Shown here piece by piece: positions 8,418 through 18,435 of a stretch of DNA of 64,000 nt. Position numbers and translations under genes: made by a program. The notes under the pieces are model-generated. The model ran no database searches. It was not told the origin of the DNA and saw nothing but the letters and a program-made list of their open reading frames with translations. The DNA lies in the IMG/VR virus record IMGVR_UViG_3300030098_005893, positions 1 to 64,000 of that record, one strand, 5' to 3'. This DNA comes from an uncultured virus (IMG/VR IMGVR_UViG_3300030098_005893) (lineage: Duplodnaviria; Heunggongvirae; Uroviricota; Caudoviricetes). Every line of letters starts with the position of its first letter. The first letter of the stretch is position 1.

Positions 8418-10102
8418 TCCGAGATCCTTTCTTTTTCAGCTCTAACTCTTGCAGCCGACTCTCTCCAGTCCATCATGGAATTCTCGATGAACCTGTCCAG
8501 TCCTTCGCTGAACTTTACCGCCGGGCTGTCGTTATTATCGCTGTCTTCCCATACGATTTCAGAGCAACGGTCCATCCAGTTATCATAATGACCCCGTTTT
8601 ATTGTTGCCTTAACCTTTGCAAGAGCGCAGGCAACTTCTGCCTCCACCTCGCCGTAATCCATGTGAGAGAGATGGGTGTAGTGAATGATCTCCACAAAGT
8701 TATCCCTGTCCTCCCCTTCTTCCGAAAGCCTTGAAATAACCTCCTTGCTTAGGATTGGCTCCAAAAGGAACGGCCTTTCCTTCATTTTCTTGATGGCTTT
8801 TATTTCGTCCTCCCCTCCTCCGATATCCATTTGCGCCGGGGATGGGATAAGGAGGTATCCGGGCATCATGGCCTCCACGATGGAGGCTCCAGTAAGACCG
8901 TAGTTTGCAACCATTCTCGTTGCCAGCCCGGCCAGAGCATTGATCCAGAACTGGTCAGAATGTTCATATCCAACAGGGTATGTCCTAGAGTGCGCCCCTA
9001 TTGCATCGGCGGCTTCGTGGAAGGAGTCCCCGAGAATTACTCCCCCAAAAAGGTTCATGTGTCTGCTTATGCCCTCTTCAATGAGGTAGCGCATTCTTTT
9101 AGAGCCCCCCATCCAAGCCTTTCCGGCGTCAAACTCAGGGGAGTTGTGCCACTTTGTTGACCACAAATTGTCCTCCAGCTTGTTTAGGTTGGCGCTATGC
9201 GGATCTTCTCTGAAGGGTTTATCTTCTAGGTGCCAATGCATTTCCCTGTATCGGCGGTGAGAAGAGTCATCTACCACGCTCAAAAGGGCAACTATGTGGC
9301 TATTCCCGTCAGACTCATCATAGGAGTTTTTTTCTCCGACCCATCCCAGAATATGCATTCCAACCGGGGGAAGGGGGCACCCGGCCACTTTGCCCACATC
9401 TTCATACTGAGCGGTTGCGGTGGGGTTGATCAAGGAAAGGGAGTCCGGGTTTCCATCCCATCCAAAAAAGTTCCCATCCCCCATCCATCGAGTAAAGCCA
9501 ATGCCATTGGCGGATACCCATTCATCCAAGTCCTCCATCGTGGGGATAATTGGCAAGCTCTTATCTCTTTTCCCCTTTGACCCGGTTCTGCCTTTGGGGG
9601 AGTGCGCCAAAATCGCCTCGTCGTAAGACCTCAGGGTGAGGATCTTACTGATGAACTCTGATGCGAGCTGGGAGTTTAAGGTGTTTTTAATGTCCAGCAA
9701 TCGAGAGAACAGGGCTTCCGGGTTTTTGGTTTCTTCTGGAGTGAAGCCAGCTCGTTCATGAATGATTGTATCTACGTCAATCATTGCAAAAGGAGAGTCC
9801 TTGGAGGGCTTCAGCCTCTTTTGTTTGCTTTTGCGAGCCTTCTCTTGCAGGGCTTTCATAGTGAATACCCTAGTCAGGCTCTCAGCCCCGTCCGAAAGGG
9901 CGACCTTGAGCATATACGACCAGATGTGTCTACTGGAACCCCAGCGGCCAATGTCCTTTGGGACGACACATGGCGAAAGATTATTCTGAAAGCAAAACGC
10001 TAGGCCAGAGGTTGAGACGTAGTGTTCATGCAATACTACGGCCTGATCAGTTTGCTGGCAAAGGGGGGTCGGGTGGAAGTTGTAATCGTCTGCTATTGGC
10101 AT
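8405..10102 (-). CDS. Hypothetical protein (565 aa)
   Basis: Long ORF at the head of the replication operon; no motif recognised. Confidence 0.8.
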   Translation of the reverse strand: MPIADDYNFHPTPLCQQTDQAVVLHEHYVSTSGLAFCFQNNLSPCVVPKDIGRWGSSRHIWSYMLKVALSDGAESLTRVFTMKALQEKARKSKQKRLKPSKDSPFAMIDVDTIIHERAGFTPEETKNPEALFSRLLDIKNTLNSQLASEFISKILTLRSYDEAILAHSPKGRTGSKGKRDKSLPIIPTMEDLDEWVSANGIGFTRWMGDGNFFGWDGNPDSLSLINPTATAQYEDVGKVAGCPLPPVGMHILGWVGEKNSYDESDGNSHIVALLSVVDDSSHRRYREMHWHLEDKPFREDPHSANLNKLEDNLWSTKWHNSPEFDAGKAWMGGSKRMRYLIEEGISRHMNLFGGVILGDSFHEAADAIGAHSRTYPVGYEHSDQFWINALAGLATRMVANYGLTGASIVEAMMPGYLLIPSPAQMDIGGGEDEIKAIKKMKERPFLLEPILSKEVISRLSEEGEDRDNFVEIIHYTHLSHMDYGEVEAEVACALAKVKATIKRGHYDNWMDRCSEIVWEDSDNNDSPAVKFSEGLDRFIENSMMDWRESAARVRAEKERISEWAK

Positions 10103-10143
10103 TGTAAGTGGGCTCTAGATGTTGGAGTTAGATGCTGAGACAG

Positions 10144-10172
10144 CGTATAAACAGGGGGACAATAGAGATCAA
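10144..10172 (-). promoter_or_regulatory. Sigma70-like promoter for the replication operon
   Basis: Minus strand TTGATC-N17-TATACG, ending about 40 bp upstream of ATG 10102. Confidence 0.5.
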
Positions 10173-10190
10173 GCACTATTTGGAAGTTTG

Positions 10191-10253
10191 TTCGATTTCC
10201 CACGTTTTGAACGTGCAGACTCATTCGATTTCCCACGTTTTGAACGTGCAGAC
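10191..10253. repeat. Perfect 30-bp direct repeat x2 with an internal palindrome
   Basis: TTCGATTTCCCACGTTTTGAACGTGCAGAC at 10191-10220 and 10224-10253; each copy contains CACGTT-ttg-AACGTG. Confidence 0.9.
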
Positions 10254-10654
10254 CTGAAAAAATTTCACAGACAAACGGATCAAGCTATCACGCTTGGCGC
10301 GGGTGGAAATGCACCAGAGGTAGGAGGGAGAGAGCTTCGCAGTGCCCCCTATAGTCCCCCAAGGAACCATAGGGGAGCGGCGGGTCGTGATGCACCATCG
10401 GCAGTCGGTCGATTGCAATTCCGCGCAACTGTGACCACCGTCCGGGCCAGCCATACGCTTTCGCGTTTTACACTCCCGGGTCATCCCGTTGCGTCCCCCT
10501 GCGCCAACGGCGCAAGCTGAGGATTGCCCTCCCAGCAGATTCCTAGCCCGGGGGAGGGGGCGGGAGGCCTCCCTGCTCGGTAAGACGCCCCGTGATCCGC
10601 GCAACTATCAAAGGCGATTGCGCTACCTCGCCGCAAGCCGCTCAATCACGGCAC

Positions 10655-10742
10655 AAAAAAAGCCCCCCCGGGATCGCCTGTCGCATAAGCATGATTTCGA
10701 CCCGCGAGCGGATCTTGCGACAGGCGACCCCGAGGGGGCTCT
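10655..10742 (-). terminator. Long hairpin with T-tract, probable terminator
   Basis: gcccccccgggatcgcctgtcgca...tgcgacaggcgaccccgagggggc, with an A-run on its left (T-tract on minus), downstream of ORF 10824..11717. Confidence 0.55.
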
Positions 10743-10823
10743 GTATACATTTGAAGGTAATCATGCTTGAGAGCCGTCTACCCGGAGGCAGAAGGCCCTG
10801 CAAGCATTATTTTTCAGAGAGGG

Positions 10824-11717
10824 CTAAATCGCCATGACTCCCTTGTAGTCCAGACGACTACATTCTCCAGCCATGACGCTCACTCGCCTTGCCGGGTCCT
10901 CAAACAAGTGAGGATGCTCACCGCACTTTTTGACCCATTCAAGGCATTTGGAGACAAGGGCCTCCAGACCCTTTTCCCTATCAGGGATCATGGACCTCAG
11001 AGCCTCTTCGTGAGCCTCATTGCCATCCAAGGGAGAGTGCCTGACATCCACGGGGTTCCATTCTCCCAGTGTGGTTATTTGCCGCTCCCCCTGACCAAAA
11101 GCGGCAGACAGGCAGAATTGCTGGAAGTCCCGATCCAGCCATGGCGGGGTCCAGCAGGAGGATCTGCAAATATGGATTGCATCGGGTTGCAATTTGCAAC
11201 GGTTCTTTTCCCACTCGTCCATGGCAAGGACATTCATATCAACGCCGTGATCATCTAAGAGTGGGCGAAGCATGTCCTCGTCCCCGGTTCCCTTTGTGGG
11301 GATGCAGTGGGAAAATGACGGGCAATACCAGTCCACCTCCCGAACCATGCCGACCTCGATGGCTTGCGTAAGCCAAGTGGCGCAACAGACCCTGTCCTCG
11401 CTAGAGGGCCACATGTCGTGGTGCTGGTCAACAAGGGCGACCTTCCACTCTCCCTCCGGGGGGAGGGATGTGTCAGGCCACATGACGCTGAACGCCTCCA
11501 TGTGACTGTCTGAGATGTAAATGGGGACCCGGCTCAGGTCCATTCCGTCAAAGAACCCGCTTGCAAACTTGCTAAGCTGCATGATGGGCTCAAGGTATCC
11601 TCGGTGACCCCATAATATCTCCCGGTAAAGAAGACTTTCGTTGTGACCAAGGTCAGCCTCAACGGGCTCGGGGATGAACGCATCCCAATCAATGGTGAGA
11701 AGTGTTTTTTTCTTCAT
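10824..11717 (-). CDS. Arginase/deacetylase-fold (UPF0489-like) putative metallohydrolase
   Basis: Motifs LTIDWDAF, SDSH, VDQHHD, ICRS..WTPP. Confidence 0.55.
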   Translation of the reverse strand: MKKKTLLTIDWDAFIPEPVEADLGHNESLLYREILWGHRGYLEPIMQLSKFASGFFDGMDLSRVPIYISDSHMEAFSVMWPDTSLPPEGEWKVALVDQHHDMWPSSEDRVCCATWLTQAIEVGMVREVDWYCPSFSHCIPTKGTGDEDMLRPLLDDHGVDMNVLAMDEWEKNRCKLQPDAIHICRSSCWTPPWLDRDFQQFCLSAAFGQGERQITTLGEWNPVDVRHSPLDGNEAHEEALRSMIPDREKGLEALVSKCLEWVKKCGEHPHLFEDPARRVSVMAGECSRLDYKGVMAI

Positions 11718-11734
11718 GTCTGATGTTGTTTTTT

Positions 11735-12094
11735 TCAGGTTGCAAATGGATGTAGTGTTTTTGGATATGTGAAAAGGGACTCGCCCTTTGAGGTAAGGGC
11801 AATCGCCCTCTTGCTTGTGCCCGGCTTGTGCGGGGCGATGTATAAAAAGCCTCTATCTTGCAATGCGCGAAGCGCATCCCAGAAGGCTTGACGGGTTGGG
11901 GGAGGTGTCCCTCGCTCCCTGTATAGGGCCTCGCATTTTTTTCGGACCACGTTGGCAAACAGGTGCTGCCCCTTGACGAGGGCCCATTCAGAATAACGGG
12001 CCTCGACAAGGAGAATGATCTGCAAGGGCGTAAGGCGCCGTATGAACATAGACGCTATGCTTCGGCCCAGCTCTTCGGATGTCTGAGATGTCAT
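11735..12094 (-). CDS. Putative winged-helix protein
   Basis: RQAFWDALRALQDRGFL...IALTSKG resembles the MarR-type wHTH end. Confidence 0.5.
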   Translation of the reverse strand: MTSQTSEELGRSIASMFIRRLTPLQIILLVEARYSEWALVKGQHLFANVVRKKCEALYRERGTPPPTRQAFWDALRALQDRGFLYIAPHKPGTSKRAIALTSKGESLFTYPKTLHPFAT

Positions 12095-14238
12095 GGCTTT
12101 GGCTTGTTAGGGTTTCTGAGCTTTGCGACCCAAGCCGGGTCACATTGCCTTCGATACTTCCAAGCAAGGGCACAAATACGCCCCTTCTCGAAATCCGTCA
12201 AGCTCTCTAGACGCTTTCTGGCGAGTCTTCCGCCATATTCGGAGTCCATCTTATTGAACCCGACATCGTTGCGAGCGGTGGCATGATCGCCATCCATTTT
12301 AGCAACCTGTCTGACGCATGTCAGAGCCAGCACAAGCTCTCCGGGGGAGAGGCTTTGACCAAGTTTCATCGCGGCCATCTTGCGCTTCCGCTGGTCGCTA
12401 TCATCCTGCTCTCTCTGGGCTACAGACCTAGAGGGCTCTGCTGGTCCCTTGGGACCGTAGTTCACCTCGCTAGAGTTCAAGGGGGCGTTCCCGTCATTAT
12501 CAATGGCTTGCTCAATCACATCCATCTTCCGGGCGTTGGCTCGGAGAATCTGGATGTCTATGGTTTGCTCCATTGCAAGATACTCAATGAGAACGGGGCT
12601 CTTCTGGCCGATGCGGTGGGCGCGGTCTTCAAACTGAGCGTTATTAGATGGGACCCAATCAGGCTCCACAATGATGACATGGGGAGCCGCTGTCAGAGTC
12701 AGGCCAGTTCCCGCCGCCAGAATGTTGCCAATGAACACCTTGGTGGAGGGGTCATTCTGGAAACGCTGAACGGCATCATGCCTGTCCTGAGGAGGAGTGT
12801 CTCCGGTGACGACCACAGGCTTGAACTCTTCCAGCTCCTCGCGGAGACGGGAAATGACCTGCTTGTGGTGCGCTCCAATGATCACCTTGCCTCCGGACGA
12901 CTCCAGAGCATTGCGAATATGATCCACGGATACGTCCACCTTTGACATGCCGATGTGCTTCCGGACCTTACTGGTCTCGGTGAACAAGGCATTCTCTGCT
13001 GACCGGAGAGAGTCCACAGCTCTTGCCATGGAGTCCGCATCCCCGGCCAGCTTGGCCTCAGCAAGTTTCTGCTTTGCAATTGCAACCGTCTTCTCGCTGG
13101 TCGTGTAGTCCATGGTGAGTGCGTCAAGCTCTCGGATTGTTTCCACCGGGGTGGGCAGAGAAACAATCTTTCTGGTCTTGGCTGGAAGCTGGGTAAGGAC
13201 GTTCTTTTTCAAGCGCCTCACCATGCATGTCCCCCGGGCCATAGTTTGCAACTCCTGTAAGTTACTAGCTCCGCTAGTATCCCAGCCGCTGCCGAAGGGA
13301 ACTCTTCTGGCATCGCAAAAGCGAGTTGCAAACTTGCTCCACACCCCGAAATGCTCAGGGGCGCAAAAGCGCAGCAGGTTCCAGAAGTCCTCGGGCCTAT
13401 TGCTTACCGGGGTCCCGCTGAGGAATAGGTGCCTTTTGGCCGCTATAGCCTCTCTGGGGGCCTTGGTTTTGGATCTGGCCCGGGGAGGCAGGCCAAGCAG
13501 CCCGGTGGCCCTCTTGGTCGTCTTGTTCTTGAGGTAGTGCGCTTCGTCAGCGATGACCACATCCCATTCCCGGTCTCGTAGCATTTTCTGGGCGGGAGCC
13601 ATGGCCATCAAATCGTAGCTGATGACTACCGCGTCATGGTTTGCAATTTCCGGAATGTCAGCCTTGGATAAAACCGGGTGAGGAATAGGGAGCCCCATTC
13701 CAAACTTCTCGACTTCATCTCTCCAGTTGAGACGCAAAGACGCCGGGCAAACAATCAGGATTTTCCGGGCTTTGGTCACATTGCAAACCCCAATGGCTTG
13801 CATGGTTTTGCCCAGACCCATGTCGTCGCCAATGATCACCCGGGGACGGGCGCAAGCGTATTCAATCCCTGCGAGCTGATATGGATACGGGGTGACCCCT
13901 TCTGGAAACGGGATCTTGCTCCATTCCATCCCGGGCTTCTCAGACCGGGAAAGCTCAAGCAGCATTTCGCTATAGTTGGCCTTGGGAGCAGAGTTGGCCG
14001 GGATAAGCCAGCAAGTGACCTGCCACGATCCGCTATCACTCTTTCCGCAAGAGAACCCCTGCTTCTTCAAAGCGTCCTTGTGGAGCTTCCAATAATCCCA
14101 CCAGCCGTCAGGCATGGGGGAGACGAACAGGTGCCGGGGCCCCTGTCGTGTGTTCACCTCGCCCTTGTCCTCCCAATTAAGGGAGAACGAGGGGAGGGGA
14201 AGGGGTGTTGCAACCCCGGTTGGTAGTGTGAGACTCAT
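12091..14238 (-). CDS. SNF2-family helicase (HARP/SMARCAL1-like)
   Basis: Motifs GDDMGLGKT, VCPASL, ADEAH, LSGTP, GTGLTL, QFEDRAHRIGQ. Confidence 0.93.
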   Translation of the reverse strand: MSLTLPTGVATPLPLPSFSLNWEDKGEVNTRQGPRHLFVSPMPDGWWDYWKLHKDALKKQGFSCGKSDSGSWQVTCWLIPANSAPKANYSEMLLELSRSEKPGMEWSKIPFPEGVTPYPYQLAGIEYACARPRVIIGDDMGLGKTMQAIGVCNVTKARKILIVCPASLRLNWRDEVEKFGMGLPIPHPVLSKADIPEIANHDAVVISYDLMAMAPAQKMLRDREWDVVIADEAHYLKNKTTKRATGLLGLPPRARSKTKAPREAIAAKRHLFLSGTPVSNRPEDFWNLLRFCAPEHFGVWSKFATRFCDARRVPFGSGWDTSGASNLQELQTMARGTCMVRRLKKNVLTQLPAKTRKIVSLPTPVETIRELDALTMDYTTSEKTVAIAKQKLAEAKLAGDADSMARAVDSLRSAENALFTETSKVRKHIGMSKVDVSVDHIRNALESSGGKVIIGAHHKQVISRLREELEEFKPVVVTGDTPPQDRHDAVQRFQNDPSTKVFIGNILAAGTGLTLTAAPHVIIVEPDWVPSNNAQFEDRAHRIGQKSPVLIEYLAMEQTIDIQILRANARKMDVIEQAIDNDGNAPLNSSEVNYGPKGPAEPSRSVAQREQDDSDQRKRKMAAMKLGQSLSPGELVLALTCVRQVAKMDGDHATARNDVGFNKMDSEYGGRLARKRLESLTDFEKGRICALAWKYRRQCDPAWVAKLRNPNKPKP

Positions 14239-14240
14239 GA

Positions 14241-14546
14241 CTAATAATCGTTGGGGGTGAGGATTGTCGTGATCTCATGACCGCGCTCGGTGATGATCCA
14301 GATGGTAGGATGCTCATCTGACTTGTATACGGACATGACCCGCTCATTGCTGGCGAGGGCCTGCTCGTTGACCTTGTGGTCGTGGTCGTCCACATCGCCC
14401 CAATCGCCTACAAGGTGACGAAAGAGAAGCTCGGCGGCTGTATCCTTGTCAATGGCCTCGACGGCGGCTGGCGTTGCGGTGATGGTGTGAGGAAGGAACT
14501 TGGGCTCAATCCTCTCTGCTGGTGTGCTGGTGTTGTAATATCCCAT
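14241..14546 (-). CDS. Conserved small phage/plasmid hypothetical protein
   Basis: H..GDWGD...D...N..A....R..S.Y...WIITE...TTIL.P.DY pattern, common in mobile elements. Confidence 0.7.
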   Translation of the reverse strand: MGYYNTSTPAERIEPKFLPHTITATPAAVEAIDKDTAAELLFRHLVGDWGDVDDHDHKVNEQALASNERVMSVYKSDEHPTIWIITERGHEITTILTPNDY

Positions 14547-14559
14547 GGTTTTGGTTCTT

Positions 14560-14802
14560 CTACTTGGTTGGTGCGTCAAATGCCTTGGCGCTTTCCTGCT
14601 TCAAAATTTCATAATGCTTCTCCCGGGCCTCCCTGCTCTCTAACAGAAGCTCCTTCGCTAATGCGTCTGCAAAGTGGGGGTTCTTTTGGATCTCCGCGTG
14701 GAGTTTTTCGAGGTGCTGGCAAAGTTGCACATACGGGCCACGGGTCCTTCCGTGAGGGCAGGAAGCGAGGCTGAGCTTATTGAGAAATTCTTGCAATTTC
14801 AT
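14560..14802 (-). CDS. Hypothetical protein (80 aa)
   Basis: ATG with A/C-rich leader, co-oriented with neighbours. Confidence 0.55.
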   Translation of the reverse strand: MKLQEFLNKLSLASCPHGRTRGPYVQLCQHLEKLHAEIQKNPHFADALAKELLLESREAREKHYEILKQESAKAFDAPTK

Positions 14803-15089
14803 GATGTCTAGTTGTGATTTTTGGTTGGTTTAGTTGAAATGGTGCCCCCCCTTTTTTCCGGGTTGGTTATACATGCGGGGTTTATCCTACATGGGAGAGG
14901 CGGGGGGCATCTCCTCGCAGCACGGTTCTTTACTCTGGCCTGAGCTACATCAACCAGTGTCGGTATTATCCCCCGACTGGGCTCCCCCTCCAACAACGTG
15001 CCATAATGGGGGATGACATGGGCCACTTTACCCATGCCGTTCGGCGTTCGCAGGCCCCAAGCGACTCGCGTGGCAAGGGGCCAGAAAGG

Positions 15090-15461
15090 TTAAGAGACCA
15101 ACGAATGGTCCCAATAACGGCACCTGCCCCGGTTCCAGTAGTAGGAATCCAGCTCGGGGTCGTCGCAAGTTGCAACGTCCTTCCGGGCCTCGGGCAAGGT
15201 GGCATCGTAAATTGGCAAAGGCTTCCTGATCAGGGGCCTTTTGTCGATCTCCTTAATGAGGAGAAGAAAGAGGATCTTGATATCCTCTGAGAATAGGAGG
15301 CGTCCCTGATATTGCAGGAACCATGGCCCCCCTGACCTTTTGCGCTCTGCAATGTAAGGTCCAAAGCAGGCCCGGGTAGGATTGATTTGGTGGAGCCTCA
15401 ATCCGTAGGGCTCACGGGTTGCAAGGGTTTCTGCCTCTTGCAAGATTTTGCTTTTAGCCAT
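15090..15461 (-). CDS. Hypothetical protein (123 aa)
   Basis: ATG-started ORF in the early gene array. Confidence 0.55.
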   Translation of the reverse strand: MAKSKILQEAETLATREPYGLRLHQINPTRACFGPYIAERKRSGGPWFLQYQGRLLFSEDIKILFLLLIKEIDKRPLIRKPLPIYDATLPEARKDVATCDDPELDSYYWNRGRCRYWDHSLVS

Positions 15462-15463
15462 AA

Positions 15464-15667
15464 TCAGTCGATTGGGTTTTCTGGGTATTTTGCGTCTAAA
15501 TATCTCGGCCCATCAGGATTGTAGGGCTCGCCATCGTCTGGTCCGTATCCCTCTTCCTCAGGGTAAGGCGGGGCGCTATCATCGTTGTTGCAATTATTTG
15601 TTGCGCTCATGATTTTGATGTGGTTTTGTTTTTTTGCAGTTGGGCTCACCCAATGGGGCTCGCTCAT
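15464..15667 (-). CDS. Small acidic hypothetical protein
   Basis: Co-oriented ORF; start is ambiguous (15667 or 15610). Confidence 0.4.
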   Translation of the reverse strand: MSEPHWVSPTAKKQNHIKIMSATNNCNNDDSAPPYPEEEGYGPDDGEPYNPDGPRYLDAKYPENPID

Positions 15668-15682
15668 GATGTTGATGTTGTT

Positions 15683-15715
15683 TGAGACCCGGGGGAGTAA
15701 TGTCCCCCGGGTCTC
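15683..15715. other. Perfect 13-bp intergenic hairpin
   Basis: GAGACCCGGGGGA-gtaatg-TCCCCCGGGTCTC. Confidence 0.75.
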
Positions 15716-15741
15716 TTTCCGTTACGTGTTGATAGTTTCAA

Positions 15742-16131
15742 CTACGCCTTGCGCCTCACCCGGCGGCGGCGGCGGCGGGGAGGAGTCTGGGGAGGGTTGG
15801 CCGCGTGGTATTTTGCAATAGCATCGTCCATGACCTTCTGGACCGCTTTTTCGTGATCCAAAAATTTCTGACCCTCGGGGCTGGTTGCAACCCTATCCAC
15901 TTGACTGTATCCGATGTGCTTGTCGCAGTTGGGACAGTAGTGAGTTCCGGCAACGTAGTGCATGTGGGAGCGGGAGCAGTATCCCTCGGTGAGCTGGAAG
16001 TCATCCACATGGGCCTTGCATTTTTTGCATTGCAAGGTGATGGCGGTTGGATCTCCCATTTCCTCATCCTCATTGGGAAAGGCCTCTTCTAAGATTGCGT
16101 CCATATCGAACGCTGGCATTGATTGTCTCAT
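15742..16131 (-). CDS. Zn-finger hypothetical protein with an Arg-rich tail
   Basis: CKKC and CPNC pairs; ends PPRRRRRRVRRKA. Confidence 0.6.
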   Translation of the reverse strand: MRQSMPAFDMDAILEEAFPNEDEEMGDPTAITLQCKKCKAHVDDFQLTEGYCSRSHMHYVAGTHYCPNCDKHIGYSQVDRVATSPEGQKFLDHEKAVQKVMDDAIAKYHAANPPQTPPRRRRRRVRRKA

Positions 16132-16133
16132 GT

Positions 16134-16403
16134 TTAGCGATGTTGTTGGGTTGGTTGTTGTTGGAGAGCAGAGTCTGCAAAGCGGCGCTCCTGAGGGGAG
16201 AGACCGATGAGGCTATTGCCGTGGAAGCGGCGAGCGTTGTGGGAGCAGAGGGAACAGCTACAGGTGCGCCCTTGACTCTTGAATTGGTAGGGCTTGTGAG
16301 CCACGGCCTCGGCCTGAGTCTTGCTATTGATTGCAAGGCGGCGAGCATACTTGGTGGCGGATTTTTGGCGGCGTAATGCGCGTTTCGATTTCCGATCTGA
16401 CAT
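16134..16403 (-). CDS. Small basic Cys-containing phage protein
   Basis: TCSCSLC..N.RR...LSPQERR pattern. Confidence 0.6.
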   Translation of the reverse strand: MSDRKSKRALRRQKSATKYARRLAINSKTQAEAVAHKPYQFKSQGRTCSCSLCSHNARRFHGNSLIGLSPQERRFADSALQQQPTQQHR

Positions 16404-16492
16404 GATGTGATTCCTTTCTAGTTTCTGATTTGTTGTTGATAGTTGCAAGTTGCAAGGGGGAGCGGGGGTGATCCCCGCCCCCCCGGAGGGGG

Positions 16493-18313
16493 CTACCGCT
16501 TGAGCTTGTAGCCTTTCCCTTCTGCCGTTTTCCGGAGATCCCTCTCGTCCATCTCGATGATGGTGTTGAGGAGGGCTGGAAGCTCGGTGGCGATGTCAGT
16601 CACCCCGGCTGCATGTCCCTTGCCAAGGAGCCGCTCAGCGTGTTCGATCTCGCTGTCGGAGACATGAATCCCGATGTAGTAGACCTCGATCCCCTCAGCC
16701 CACGCTTCCTTGCAGAAGTCATTGGCGCTACGGTATTCGTCGGCCCCCTCATCCCATGCTCTGTGAGTTCCATTGAAGGAGCCATCAGAGAAGATGACCG
16801 CAATCCGGCGCTCCTCTCTCCGGGTTTGCAACTCCCTGACGGAGGCCATCATTGCGGCCCCGCAGCAGGTGCTGGCTCCCAGACCCTTGACGGTAGGGGC
16901 GGCAATCAATCCCTTGTCGCTCCAGCCCTTCACCTTATGGCTGCTCCCGGTGAAGGCTCCCCAATAGTTTGCAATCCCGCACTTCTCGAAAGCCCTGCGG
17001 ATAAGGTTGGCCCCGATCCACTGGCCATGGAGCCGCTGGAAGATTGCTGATAGCTTCTGGGCAAGCACAGGCTCCGTGACCTCCAGTCGGTGAGTGTGCC
17101 CCGCTTTCGAGACGTTGATGATGACCTTCCCAATCACCCCCTTGGCCTCGCCCCTGCCATGGCTCAGCCCGGCCCGGTTGCCGAAAGCCCCGGAGCAAGT
17201 GCTGCCAATGATGCAGCGGGTCTTGTCAGTGGCTCCCCCCTTTGCAATAATTTTTGCAACCTCGTTGGCGTGGTCGTGCAGCCCCACCCTCCGGAGGGTG
17301 GCCTCCACCCTCTTTGCTGCCTTGTCTCCAAAGAACTTAGTGGAGCCTTGCATGGAGCCGCTGTAGTCGAGCATAGTTGCAACGGCCACCCGGCGGTTGG
17401 TGCCCCGCAACTTGCGCTGGAAGCAGTAGGGGGAGTCAGTTGCAATCCGGACGCAGCTCTTGAGATCAAGTCTCCCGCCGCGCTGGTGGCGCTTCCGCTT
17501 GTTCCGGGCGATGGCCTCAAATGTTCTCCGGATGGTAGTAACCAGCCGGGAGAGGCCTACCCGCCAGAAGTCAAAGGACTTCTTTGTGACCTTGTCGCTG
17601 ATCTCGTATTGAGGAGCCCAGAGCGGGTCACCGCTCCCGCCTTGTAGACCCTTGATAGCTTTGAGCAGGTCCCGGTCATCTACGTGGGCTCCATGGTTGG
17701 GGTCGCCTTGCTGGCCCTCGCTCCCCTCATCGTTGCCACCGTCAGTATCCCGCTGTTCCCCGGTCAGCTCTCCCTCCTCAGGCTCCTCGCCCTCTCCGGA
17801 CTCACCTTCGCCTTGGCCCTCGCCTTGGCCTTCGCCCTCTCCGGACTCACCTTGGCCTTCGCCCTCGCCTTCGCCTTGGCCTTCGCCTTGGCCTTCGCCT
17901 TGGCCCTCGCCCTCGCCTTGGCCTTCGCCTTGGCCTTCGCCTTGGCCTTCGCCCTCGCCCTCTCCGGGCTCACCCTCGCCTTCGCCCTCTCCGGGCTCTC
18001 CCTCTCCCTCTCCCTCGCCCTCTCCGGGCTCTCCGGGCTCTCCGGGCTCTCCGGGCTGAGGCTCGGGGCCCTCAGGCTCCAGAGCCTCAATGGCGTTGAG
18101 TTCTTCACGCCAAAGCAGGCCAAGGTTTGCAGCCATGAGGATCTCATGAGCCTCTCGGGCGTCACCCGTTGCCCGGGGGAACCACGTTTGCAGGTTGGAC
18201 TTCTTGCGCCAGACTTTGCTTGCAAGGTTCTGGTCAAGGCTATTGTTGATGATCTCGGCCCTCTCGGGGGTGACGCCAATGGCGTCCCAGCTAAGTGTGA
18301 ATGAATTGGACAT
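16493..18313 (-). CDS. vWA-domain (CobT-like) protein with a Gly/Glu-rich linker
   Basis: MIDAS motif LDYSGSM, AVIFSDG, GRLDL motif; directly downstream of an AAA+ ATPase. Confidence 0.85.
   Translation of the reverse strand: MSNSFTLSWDAIGVTPERAEIINNSLDQNLASKVWRKKSNLQTWFPRATGDAREAHEILMAANLGLLWREELNAIEALEPEGPEPQPGEPGEPGEPGEGEGEGEGEPGEGEGEGEPGEGEGEGQGEGQGEGQGEGEGQGEGQGEGQGEGEGEGQGESGEGEGQGEGQGEGESGEGEEPEEGELTGEQRDTDGGNDEGSEGQQGDPNHGAHVDDRDLLKAIKGLQGGSGDPLWAPQYEISDKVTKKSFDFWRVGLSRLVTTIRRTFEAIARNKRKRHQRGGRLDLKSCVRIATDSPYCFQRKLRGTNRRVAVATMLDYSGSMQGSTKFFGDKAAKRVEATLRRVGLHDHANEVAKIIAKGGATDKTRCIIGSTCSGAFGNRAGLSHGRGEAKGVIGKVIINVSKAGHTHRLEVTEPVLAQKLSAIFQRLHGQWIGANLIRRAFEKCGIANYWGAFTGSSHKVKGWSDKGLIAAPTVKGLGASTCCGAAMMASVRELQTRREERRIAVIFSDGSFNGTHRAWDEGADEYRSANDFCKEAWAEGIEVYYIGIHVSDSEIEHAERLLGKGHAAGVTDIATELPALLNTIIEMDERDLRKTAEGKGYKLKR
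17770..18070 (-). repeat. Coding tandem repeats (GEGQ, GE, PGE units)
   Basis: Iterated ccttcgccttgg and ctctccggg units. Confidence 0.9.
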
Positions 18314-18435
18314 GATGTGAGTTGAATTGAATTGGATTGAATGTTGATAGTTTAGGTTGGAAAATTTCCTCCCCCCGGAGGGGGAGGTTGCTCACCCGCA
18401 TTGCTACGGGTGAGCCCCGTAGCATCGGGAAGTGT

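Noticed and set aside
10191..10253. 30-bp repeat as a CRISPR array
   Set aside because: Only two copies separated by 3 bp, no spacer and no cas genes.
17652..18304. ORFs with (PSPW)n, (ALAF)n and (AK)n repeats
   Set aside because: Alternative-frame shadows of the GE repeat in the vWA gene.
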